DNA of 64,000 nucleotides from Prorocentrum cordatum (lineage: Eukaryota), in the NCBI GenBank assembly GCA_963575745.1, contig CAUYUJ010000114.1, positions 1,116,001 through 1,180,000 on the forward strand. The letters run 5' to 3'. How positions within the stretch are numbered: the first letter of the stretch is position 1; every line of letters starts with the position of its first letter. Shown in pieces: positions 38,701 through 50,700 of the stretch. Position numbers and translations under genes: made by a program. The notes under the pieces are model-generated. The model had not been told where the DNA came from. It worked only from the letters and a program-made list of their open reading frames with translations, and searched no databases.

Positions 38701-41700
38701 ACTGGTGCTATGCTTGCCTCGGCCCACGGGGCTGGAGTTTCAGGGGTTACCGATGATTGCCTTCGCGAGATGCGTAGGTTCGCGGCTATTCTCAACGGGG
38801 CCCCTGGCACAGCTACCTGATGACTCGCTGGGCTGAGCAGTGCGACCCTATCTTCGGTGCGACTGTCGACCTTGTGATGCGGTACGCAGGCTGGGTTTGG
38901 GATGCTCGAATCTCTCTGGGCCGACTCTGTCGTGCCTGGCAAGCGTTGCAGCACCTCGGTCCCACCAGATGGGATCAGGTGCGGGGCCCCCTCGGCGCTA
39001 CTCTTCTTGCTCTACGGCGCATTGGATGGGACATGGTCTCTTCCCAGACTCTCCGCGATGATCTGGGACGCCACTACGATCTTCTTCATGTGTGCCCCGC
39101 CGACCTCAAGCCTTACCTGCTTGAAGGCATCCAGCGCTGGCAGCATCAGCGGCTTCAGCGACACTGGTACACCAGCACGGGTGCGCAGTTGTGGCACAAT
39201 GGCATGCGCTATGCCATCAAGGGCATTCGCCACCCTCGTCGGCTTGGAGCCCTACAGGCCCATTGGGCCGACATCGTTCCCACCCCGATACGTCGCGACA
39301 TGAAGCTTAACCAGCCCATGAGGCCGTGTCGCGCATGTGGCGCTCAGTTGGATAGGCACGCGTGTTGGGGCCATGTCTTCTACGACTGTCCTGGCCTCTT
39401 GGCCGAATGCGATGGGGTGTCAGACACCGCCATGCCATCAGTGGACACAGCCATGCCGCGACACGGACAGACGCCATTGGCAGGCGATGGGACGTCAATC
39501 GTACCCACGCATTCAGGCAACACCAGTCAGGTCTGTGATGAAGGAGTCCCTGAAGCTCCCCATCGTGCTGTTCACTCTCTGCCGGCTGGTGGCGGTACCA
39601 GCTCAGGCGCGGCGCGCAGCCTGACGCCATGGAGGAGGAGCCGTTCTTCCCTGCGGTTGGTGATGCACCCGATGACGCCATGGATGACGAGCCTCCCCAG
39701 GAACCTGGCGACGATGTGAGCATGCAGGATTTTGGGCTGGACTCTGCAACTGCGACTGGCACCACGAGTGTCGGCGCCACGATTCGCTCGAAGGGCCATG
39801 CTTTTCTTGCCATCCCTCCGCGATTGCTGGACGCGCGTGAACATATCCGCGCAGCAGGGCTGGGCAGTGGAACTCCCAACTACGAGCAGACGTGCCTCGT
39901 TTACGGGGCACCCGAACCCCCTGCTTACTTGCCGTCCATGGGCACCGTTGGCAACGAGGTTCTTCACTGGGGCGATACTCAAGGTACTTGGGGACCCACC
40001 TCCTACACGGATGGCTCTGGCTATGACTCGAACATGCCAGAAATTCGTCGGTGTGGTCAAGCCGTTGTCCAGCTGGATCCTTATAGTTGGATGCCCATTC
40101 GGGCCGCGTGCGGCCCTCTCCCGTACATCGTTCAGACGGTGGGGCGTGCTGAACGGTTTGCCATTAAGATGGGACTCGACATTCACCCCGAACATCGAGA
40201 GTTCGTCACGGACCTCAAGAGTTTGGTTAAGGAGGCCGACCAGTGGGGAGCGCAATTGGCCTGCAGCAGGTCCAAGCATGCGCGCGCATGGCGGGATATC
40301 CTCACTGCAGCTCGGGAGCGTTCCTCAGTGGACGCCCCGACGTTCCGATGGACCCCTGCACACCGCTCGGCCGCTGACCTGTTGGAGGCGGCCCCGCTGG
40401 ACATCTGTGACTGGATTGGCAATGCTTGGGCGGGCTACTTTGCGAGGTTGGGCGCTCTTCAGCACGCCATGCCCCGCTCCTTGTCGGACTCGCTCAAGGC
40501 AGCCATGAAGCAGCACAGGACGGTGCTCCAGTTTGTCTCTCAAGCCTGCCTGAGGGTTATCCGTTGCCAGCGGTTTGGGCGAGACGACGTCCCAGTGACG
40601 CCGCTCAGACAGCAGATGGTCCCTGTGGTCTTTGGTCGTCCTGAGGATCATGACCTCTGGTTCTGTGCCCAGCGAGGCCAATGCCGATGTCGCGGGTGTA
40701 ATGCTACAGCCTCTACCGCGGCGTCCTTGGCGGCTCTACGCTCAGGTTCGCTCAGGAAGTGCACTCCCGCGCGGATCACACGAGCAATGGCGAAGGTGTT
40801 CTTCGAGACGACTCGCCTCTCCTGGACTCTGCTAGCCGATGGGCGAGTTCAGGTGGCCGTCCGCTGCGCTGACCTACAACGCGAAGCACAAGAGCCTGGT
40901 GTTCACCAGCCTGGTGTTCCACAGCCTGGTGGTGAACACCGCTCTGGCGACCGTGATAGTGGTAGCCCGTCTGCCGACGCTGACAGTGATCCAATGCAGC
41001 AGGCTTTTCGTGAGCTTGGGCATGGCACTTTCCTGGCCTACGGCGTCTACTGCTGCAGCAAGTGTGCAGGCATTTGCATACAAGCACGGCCGCACGCTGC
41101 GCGGAAGTTGCGAAAGTTGTGCGAGGGCTTCTCGGTGAACCCCACGACGAAGCAGGCTCAGACTACCGTCGTTGATCGTGTTCGTCGTGGCCTTCCTCCT
41201 CGACAACGGGGCGGAGCAGCTTCTGCAACAGGGTGCGCCGACGCCCTGGGCGACGGAGACGCCAGTCTCCCAGCCCAAAGGCGCAACCAGGTACCAGACG
41301 CCTAGTGCGCCGTCGGATTGCGCCCCTGGCCTACGCTAACGACTGGAGAAAGATGTACTGGGTCGACGGGGTTGGCTCCCACGACCTGCCCTGCCTGGTG
41401 CTTTGAGCGGGCAGCCTGCCTGCTCTTTTCTCCTCGTCGACGCGGCTGGACGCTTCTGAGCTTTTGCCCGCTTGGCTCGTCGCCACCGCTGGATCCAGCT
41501 CCTCCTGTTGTTTGCGGCATAGCCGTCGGCCACTTGCTTCTCTCCCTCCCCTCGGCGGGCGGGCGGCCGCGGCCGCCGCTGACCGCGCTGGGAGGCGCTG
41601 CAAAGCAGCCTCAGCATCAGCCTCAGCCTGCCTCAGCATCAGCCTGCCTCAGCCTCAGCCTTAGCCTTAGCCTCAGCCTCAGCTTCAGCCTCAGCCTCAG

Positions 41701-44700
41701 CCTGCTTCAGCCTCAGCCTCAGTCTGCCTTCAGCCTCGGCCTCAGCCTCAGCCTGCCTCAGCCTCAGTCTGCATGCAGCCTCGGCCTCAGCCTCAGCCTG
41801 CCTCAGCCTGAGCCTGCCTCAGCCTCAGCCTCAGCCTCAGCCTCAGCCTGCCTCAGCCTCAGCCTGCCTCAGCCTCAGCCTCAGCCTGCCTCAGCCTCAG
41901 CCTCAGCCTGCTTCAGCCTCAGCCTCAGTATGCCTGCAGCCTCAGCCTCAGCCTCAGCTGGCCTCAGCCTCAGTCTGCCTGCAGCCTCAGCATCAGCCTC
42001 AGCCTGCCTCAGCTTGAGCCTGCTTCAGCCTCAGCCTCAGCCTGCCTCAGCCTCAGCCTCAGCCTGCTTCAGCCTCAGCCTCAGTATGCCTTCAGCCTCA
42101 GCCTCTGCCTCAGCCTGCCTCAGCCTCAGCCTGCCTCAGCCTCAGCATCAGCCTGCCTCAGCATTCAAAATGTGGCCCGGGAGTGGAGTTTTGGGGATTT
42201 CGAAGAATACGAAGTGGCCTACAGTTGGCTCCGGGCTTTCAAAATCATGCCCGGGAATGGAGTTCTGGGAGCTCGAAGAGCACGAAGGGGCCTACAGTTG
42301 GCTCCGGGCATTCAGAATGTGGCCCGGGAGTAGAGTTCTGGGACCTCGAAGACCACGAAGTGGCCTACAGTTGGCTCCGGGTTTTCAAAATCATGCCCGG
42401 GAATGGAGTTCTGGGAGCTCGAAGAGCACGAAGGGGCCTACAGTTGGCTCCGGGCATTCAGAATGTGGCCCGGGAATGGAGTTCTGGGACCTCGAAGACC
42501 ACGAATGTGTAACTGTTTGTTTAAAGCGACTTCCGCGGATTCTCCCCGGATCCTGCCCGGACCCCTCCTTGGGGAAACCTATTAGTCTTCGCTGCTTGGT
42601 AAAAACAATCGTCGCGAATCCCCCTGTAGGGGGACAGGCCCGACTTAACTCTGGGCCTCCCGGGCGGGGTCCGAGCGGCGTCCGCAGGGTCGCCCCGCCT
42701 CGGCGGTGCGGCTCGACCGCGGGGGCGCGCGGTGTTCCACGCTGGCGGCGCCGAGGCAGCGCCGACGGCGACGCGGCGCGAGCCTTATGTCGGGCGTGTC
42801 CCCCATACACGGGGATTTTCGACGAAAAAAAAAAACAAAAATGCTCCAAAAAGGTGAGCAAATACTTACAAAATAGTCCCCAGACTATTGTTTGATCATT
42901 TTAAAAACTATTTGGGGGTATTTTTTATTTTTCGTCGAACATCCCCCTGTAGGGGGACAGGCCCGACTTAACGCGAGCCTCCGGCCCCCTGCTGTCTGCT
43001 CGGACTCTGAGGGGTCCGAATTTATAGGGGTCGGAGGCTTGGGCCGCATCCGCGATGTCGGCAGTGTCTCGGCGACGCCGGCACCGGAAAAAGGAGGCTC
43101 TGGTCGGTGCCCTGGGGGCGGGCACAGGTGGACACTGGGGCGAGAATCGGTGATCCTCAGAGTCCAGGCGACCCCCCTCTGCTCGGACCCCCTCTTGGGG
43201 GGCCTGCGAGGAAGTCGTTGTGCTGCTGAACCGCACGAGGCTCGGGGGGCAGCAACTCGCAGAAGAAAAAGAAGAAGCAGCTGCATCTCAGCTGCAAAAC
43301 CAAGTCATACCACGCGCCTCCTCGTCAAGCGGCCTGACCAGTACAGGCCGCAGTGTGGCATCGCTTGGTATCTCTTGGAAGCGAGGGTGGTCAAACGCGA
43401 GGTGGGTTTGTTTTCCCCCTAGCATCTGCGCGAGGGAAAGGACTTGGGATCGCTCGGACGTGTGCATTTTTCCTCCGGCGAGGACCATCGAGGAGCGTCC
43501 TTGACCATTTGGCGAAAAAGCCTCACACGAAGCCGAACAAAAAACACAGGAAATGGACGTCTGAGCGAGGGAGAGGAGCGGGGTCGACCGCGCGGACACT
43601 CGCTCGTGAGCTTCCCCCGCTAGGGTGGCGCGCCGGCGCCCTCCAAGACCAGCACGGCTGCCGGCATCCTCGCCCGCACCGCGCGGGCCGCCGCTGCTGG
43701 CCTCGTGTCCTTGGCATTGCTCGGACGTGTGCATTTGTTAGGGGGCCACATGCGAACCCTACCCCTGCCCCTCACGATTTCTGAGGGGGAGGGTGGGGTT
43801 CACTTCGCTCGGGAGCTCCCGAACGAAGTGACCCCCCCCTCCGCCTCAGAAATCGTGGGGGGTAGGGGTGGGGTTCACATGTGGCCTCCTATTTTTCCTT
43901 CGGCGAAGACCATCGAGGAGCAGCCTTGATCATTTGGCCAAAAACAAAACACGCACGGAACCGAAAAAAACACGGGGAATGGACGTCCGAGCGATGGCCT
44001 CGTGTCAGCACAGCGCGTATCATCGATCTCGGGATCTTCACCAGCATAGCGTAGCTCCCCGGCGCCGGCATCCTAGTCGGCACACCCAGGAGCACCGACG
44101 CCAGCATCCTCGCCGGCGCAACGCGGATCACCGACACCAGCATCGACCCGCCCACGCTCACGCCGACGCCAACGCTCACACGCAAGCCCACTCCCACACC
44201 CGCGCCCACGCCCACACCCACGCCCACGCCCAAGCCCACGCCCACGACCACGCCCACGCCCACGCCAACGCTCACACGCAAGCCCACACCCGCGCCCACC
44301 CACACCCACACCCAAGCCGACGCCCACACCCGCGCCCACGCCCACGACCACGCCCACGCTGAAGGCCCCCTTGCGCACCACCTCTGGAGTCGAGGGAGTG
44401 CCACGGCTGCCGCGCCCAAGGGGCCTGAGACGGATAGGGGAACCACCCCCACGCGCCCCCTCTGGTGTCGAGGGAGTGCCACGTCTGCCACGCCTTGGGA
44501 TCCTGAACTGAAAAAATGTGAGGTCCGTGCGGATTTCTCTGGTCGGCTCAGGAAGGAGGATGGCGGTTCGAAGTTCGAGGTTGTCGGACTTGCTCGTCGG
44601 TTCTCCGCGGCTTTCCAGCCTCGGGGTGCGTTTCCGCAGTTGCGCCTCACCGAGAGGCGTCCTGGGGCGCCCGGATCGCCCTGAACGGCGGCCAAGGACC

Positions 44701-47700
44701 CGAGCTGGGACCCGAAAGCCAGACGACGAGGATCACTTGTGGGACTGGCTCAGGAGCAGCGGCTCGAAGAATCACAAACATCAGAGGTACTCGCGGGTTT
44801 CTTGGGGCGGCGCTTCGGCGCCGATCCAAGTTTATGTTTTGCGCCGTTCATTCCTGTTGCGACACGGGGGGCAGAGGATTGGGATACGAGGGTGGAGGAT
44901 CGACGTTCGCTTTGTAGACGTCTTTGTTGATCGTCCTGGGGCGCCCTCGCGGCCGCGGCTGGATTCGCATCGAAATTCTGGTCAGGACGCGTCCCAGGAG
45001 AGGTCTCGAGGCGTCGATTGCTGACTTCTGATAAGGGGAAGTGACTGGGGGGGGACTGGCTCAGGGGTCTGCACGGACGAGATGGGCACGGAAAGATTGG
45101 GTACGATGTCCAACAGCAGTTCCTGTTCATTTTGAACAGGACTCGTTGTCCGCGCCGCCGCGGCCTGTGCCCAGTCGAGACAGAAGGCCGCCCGCCCAAC
45201 AGCGGCCGCGGTATGTTTGGGACAACATTTGTCGTTGGGCAATGTACCCATTCTTTCCGCGCGTATTTCGGGTGTCCAAAATTAACGGGCGAAGAACGGT
45301 ACAAAATAAACTTTTTCGCTGTCGCGGGCGCCTGTCCCAGGGCGGCTGGAAAGTTTATACCCTTACGGTGGCACCGTAGGGGTATAAACTTTCCAGCCGC
45401 CCAGGGACAGGCGCACCCGACAGCGAAAAAGTTTATGTTATACCGTTCTTCGCCCGTTAACAAAAGGGGGGGCAGCATCGAGCCCCCACCGCACGATCAT
45501 CGCCGATGCGGGGCCCGATAGCCCACCCCGCCCAGGAGCCCGCGGCTTCGCCGGGGGCCTTGTCGCCGGTCTGTCGGCGAGGCGTCGCTGGTTCGGGCTC
45601 GAGGGTCCCCCCGCCCCACGAGCCCGTCCCTCCCATATCGTGAAGTCGGGCCTGTGCCCCCACAGGAGGGATGTTCAGAAATAGTCAAATAATGCTCTGG
45701 GGATGATTTTTAAACAGTTTTTGACAATTTTTTCGTATTTTGTGGGTATTTGTTTCGCTTTCGTCCAAAATCCGATTGTAGGGGGGACACGCCCGACCTA
45801 AGCCTATCGTCTCCCCCCAGAGGCTCTTCAGACACCTGCCCCAGAACCAGAAGAGCCACGTGGACCTGGCGAAGGCGTGCCAGCACGAGAGGTTTAAGGC
45901 CGGGGACGTGATCGTGAGGCATCGCAGGAGAGACAACTGCATTGGCTTCTCGAGGGTTCGCGCAGGTGTCATGGATCTGTGCTTTCTCCCCTCTGCGGCG
46001 CCGCCCCTGGCGCGCTCTTCGCGGCAGGCGGGAGGGTCGAGTGCTGGTCCAAGACATCCGCGCGGGCCCTAAAACAATCGTGCTCTTGCCGCTTGGCACT
46101 CTTCTGAGGCAGGGAGACGCCGGCAATTTCTTTCTCGCGATCTTGGAGGGGAAGGTCTGTCTGGGGTCCGAAAAGGGGGGATTATCCCAATCTGTGCTTA
46201 GGGTGCGAACCTAGATGGATGCTCACATCTCCTTCTTCCAATGGAGCGATACTCCTCTAACCTCACCCCTGCCCCCTTCCCCAACTTGACGTCGCCCCGA
46301 GAAGGTGAGCGTAACAGTGGACGGCAAGAAGGTTGCGACTTGGCGCGACGGGGCGGACTTCGGGGAGCAGTCCCTCCTGCACGATGAGCCGCGGCAGGCG
46401 ACGCTGCAGGCCGTCACTGACGTCTCTGCCGTCAAGATCACCCGGGAAAGGTTTTGGAAGCTGGGGCTGAACCGCAAGTTGCAGTTCAAGGGCCGCAAGG
46501 CGATCAGGGCTGCGGCAGCGACCACACGTGACAGGTGGAAGGCAGAAATTCAACGGTCATGACCGAGAGTTCTCGTCGATGCCGATCGCGGTCATGGTCC
46601 ATGCCGGCCGTCGCCGATTCGTGAGGATGATCCACGCATCACCTGCGACCAAGATGGATGATTTCTTGCCCTCCAACAGGGAACCCACTCCAGGAGGAGG
46701 AGGAGGAGGAGGAGAGGAGGAGGAGGAGGAGGAGGAGGAGGGAGGAGGGAGGAGGAGGGAGGAGGAGGGAGGAGGAGGGAGGAGGAGGGAGGAGGAGGAG
46801 GAGGGAGGAGGAGGGAGAAGGCAGGAGGAGGGATTAATTACCAAGATCGACGTTGTCTTGCCCTCCAACAGGGAGCCCACGCCGAAGACCCCGAGAGAGC
46901 GGCACCTCATCGCCGAGGCGCTGCTGGCGAACGAGAACCTGCAGATGCTGGTGACCCTGGACAAGGTCAGGGGGGGAAAAAGCACAGACACAATTCATCG
47001 GCGATTCCCAGAAAATATAGGAAAATATGGGAAGTGGGGGGGAAGACAAAAAAAACCAGAAAATATGGGAAAATGTGGGGAACTATTTTTATTTGTGTGT
47101 ATTTATTTGTGTGTCCCAGTTCCCCTTCATAAGGAGCGTGTGCAGAAGATGGTGGACGTAGCCTGGAAGGAGGTGGTCGAGCAGGGCGTCGACGTGATGG
47201 TGGAGGGTGACCTCGCCGACTGCATGTACGTTGTGCAGGCGGGCGCCTTCCGGATGGAGAGCACGAGGAAGGACGACTTCGGTGCCCACACCATCGTGCG
47301 CGAGCGCTCGGAGGCCCCCAACCAAGACCCCCACCGCGAGCACTCGAAGGCCTCCTCCGACCTCGTACGCGAGCATTCTGTGGCCTCGGCGGAGTCCGCG
47401 GACACCGGTCCACCACCAGGACACACATCACATGCGCGTCGCACCGATTTCACGCCAAAGTCTAGGGGCTCGTCTGCCTCAGGCCGCATGCCGCGCTACG
47501 ACGAGGTCATCGCCGCTGGCGGGAGCTTCGGGGAGCTCGCGCTGCTCTACAGCACCCCACGGTTTGCCACAGCACGCGCTATAGAGGCTTCTGTACTGTG
47601 GGGAATAAACCGGAAGCACTTCAGGGACATACTTATGGGAGTCCATGAGGAAAAGCTCCAGAGTCATGTGGCGTACCTCAGGCAAGTTGGGTCCCTCAGC

Positions 47701-50700
47701 ACTCTGCAGGAAGAGGAGCTCAAAGAGCTCGCGAAGGCTTTGAACGTCAACACGTTCCAGAAGGGCGAGTTGATCGTTCAGCAAGGCCTTCCGTCTACCA
47801 GTTTGCACATCGTCTACGAGGGGCAGGTGGCGGTGATCATTGATGGCAAGGAGACGTGCCGCCTGCGAGCTCATCCCAGGCGGCGAGTGTGGCTTCCAGT
47901 CTCTGCGAGCTGGTGCTGTGCCGGCGCTGGGTGCGCGCCTCCACCGCAGACTTCTCACGTCGTGGAGGAGCAGGCGCTCCTCGGCGGCTACCCGTGCCGC
48001 ACGGACGTCAGGGTGGTGTCGTCATCGGCCCGGACCCTCTCGCTTCTTCGCGACAGCTTCGAGATGCTGGTGGGTACCCTGGACGATCTGGAAAACGCCA
48101 GGGCGGTGCGGCGGAACCACCGCACCTCGATCCGCACTGCCGTGCACCGCGCCAAGACGGCCAGACTGCTCAACTCCGCACCCGAGAGGCAGGCGTACCG
48201 CGAGAAGGTCACCCACATGCGCGACCTCACCAAGGTCAGGCCCCTCGGCAGCGGGCAGTTCGGGAATGTGGAGCTCTGGCAGCACAGGGACGGCAGGAGG
48301 TTCGCGATGAAGATCCTGAGCAAGAGCCACATACGCAGGCTGGGCGCGGAGCAGAGCATCATCAATGAGAAGAATTTGATGCTCATGACGAGCTCGCCGT
48401 TCCTAGTGCGGCTCTTTGAGGCGTACAGCACGCCGAACGCCCTCTACCTGCTCCTGGAGTTCGCCGCCGGGGGGGAGCTGCACACGGTCTACAACCGCAG
48501 GCAAGGGGCAACGCTGTCAGAGGGGATAAGCCCAGGGGGGGTTGCAGCGACCCCCAATGGCCCGATGGGGGCCGGATAGCCCACCCCGCCCAGGAGTTTG
48601 CGGGCTTGCTATCGGGGGGGCCTCTCGCCGGTCAAGCGGCGGTGTATCGCCGATTCCAGGTCGACGGTGTCCCCCAATATGAGCCAGTCCCCCCCCTAGC
48701 AGCTAGGCGCACCAAGTCGGAAATCTGCTTGCCGGCAGGTGCCCCACGGAAATTCCCTCTCCCCCGACGGTCCCAGGCCCCCACGGAGGCCCCGGGGCAC
48801 TCTCTAAGACCCTCAAAGATCGACGAAGAACGCGCCCAAATATTCCTTCGATGGCAGAATTTCTTGTGGCAGTGCGGCCCAACGGTTCAGAAACAATCTG
48901 GGAGGGGTCGCAGCGGACCATTGGGAAGTGGACGATGAAAAACACAATCCGGGTTCGTCGTCGTCGCCGTCGAGGCCGCCAGACCGTTGCCAGCGAGCTG
49001 GACGTGGAGTCGGAGGTTGGGGGTGAGATCACAGTGAAACGGAGAGCCCCCCACCGGGAAATCGGTTTCGCTTTCGTGTTCGTGTCGTGCGTGCGGGCTA
49101 TGCGAAGCTGCGCAGGCTGGCCAGGGGGGGACTGTCCCGCCAGTCGTCGCTCGGCTTCGGCTTCCTTCGCCTTGCTTGCCCTGGCTCGGCTTTGGCTCGC
49201 TTTCCCTCGCTGGGGCGCGGGTGTCCCGGGTGTCCCACCGTGGTACCTGGTGGTGTCCAGTGGTGTCTTTGGTGTCTCGTAGTGAGATGGCGTGCGAGAC
49301 CGATAGTGAGATCGAGTGAGATCGATCGTTGGATCGGTAGATGGATCGATAGATAGAAAGTGAGATCAATAGATAAATCGATCGTGAGATCGATTGTGGG
49401 ATCGATTGACTGACGGAAAGCGATAGTGGGATCGATCGTGAGATCAAACGATCGTGAGATCGATAGTGAGATCGATGGATAGTGAGATCGATCGTGAGAT
49501 GGGTCGTGGGATCGATGGTGAGATCAAACGATCGTGAGATCGATAGTGAGATCGATGGATAGTGAGATCGATCGTGAGATGGGTCGTGGGATCGATGGTG
49601 AGATCGAATGTTCCTCTGATGGAAAGAGCGCGCGGGCAAATAAGTGCTACCTGGTTCCGTTGGTTGCCCCGATCCTTTGGTGTCTCGTAGTGACATCGAT
49701 AGTGAGATCGATAGTGCAATCGAATATGATATCGATCGTGATATCGAATGTGTTTCTTAACGGAAGGGCGTGCGGGTAAAGACATGCCACCTGGTTTCAT
49801 TGGTTGCCCCGATCCTGTGGTACCGGATGTTCTTCGAAGGGAAAGAGCGCGCGAGCAAATGAATACCACATGGTTCAGCTGGTTGCCCCGATCATTTGGT
49901 GTCTCGTAGTGACATCGAATGTGAGATCGATACTGGAATTGAGTGAGAGGTCATCGTGAAATCGAATGTTCCTCTAAGGGACAGCGCGCGCGGGCAAACT
50001 CGTGCCAACTAGTTTCGCTGGCTGCCCCGATCCTTTTGATGTTTCGTATCCATAGTTGGACTGGTAGTGGTATCGTATCGATAGTGAGAGCGATTGTCAG
50101 ACCATATGCTCTTCTAAACCAAACAGCGCGCGGCGGACCTTGTGAATGCTACCTGTTTCCGTTGGTTCTCTCAATGAGTGTTGATGGATGCCCCGGTAGA
50201 TAAATGGAGTAACATATTGTCCAGCACGTTCGTAGTATACCAAAATCAATGACACATGCCTGCTGCGTTGCTCCCCTCAGCAGGGGCTTCTACGGCAGCG
50301 AGAAGCACGCAAAGTTCTACGCCGCGGGGGTGGTGCTTGCCTTCGAGCACCTGCACGACCTCCACATCATCCACCGCGATTTGAAGCCCGAGAACGTGTT
50401 GCTGGACTCGGAGGGGCGGCCCAAACTCGCCGACCTGGGCCTCGCCAAGGTCACCAGCGGCACGGCCCAGACGTTCTGCGGCACGCCGACGTACCTGGCG
50501 CCAGAGGTCAGAGGAGGACAAGTTGAGACAACGATGGTTGACCCCCCCCGTCGCCGCGGCTGGACAGAGCTCGGACAGTTTACGCATGTGGACAGTGGAA
50601 GAGGCCCGGGGATCGATTTTGAGCCGCCGTTATCTCAATTCGCCCTGCTCCGAAGAGGTCATCCGGGGCACTGGTTACACGCACTCTGCCGACTGGTGGT

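Larger units (their letters stand above)
35898..42648. mobile_element. Expanded (6.75 kb) copy of the TTAAGTCGGG MITE containing the CTCAGC array and a retroelement
   Basis: ttaagtcgggcct at 35898 and cccgacttaa ending 42648; direct repeat CTCTGGGCCTC at 35887-97 and 42649-59. Confidence 0.8.

Noticed and set aside
49290..49760. GATC cluster as a bacterial oriC or Dam signal
   Set aside because: It lies in a eukaryotic intron and is explained by tandem repetition.
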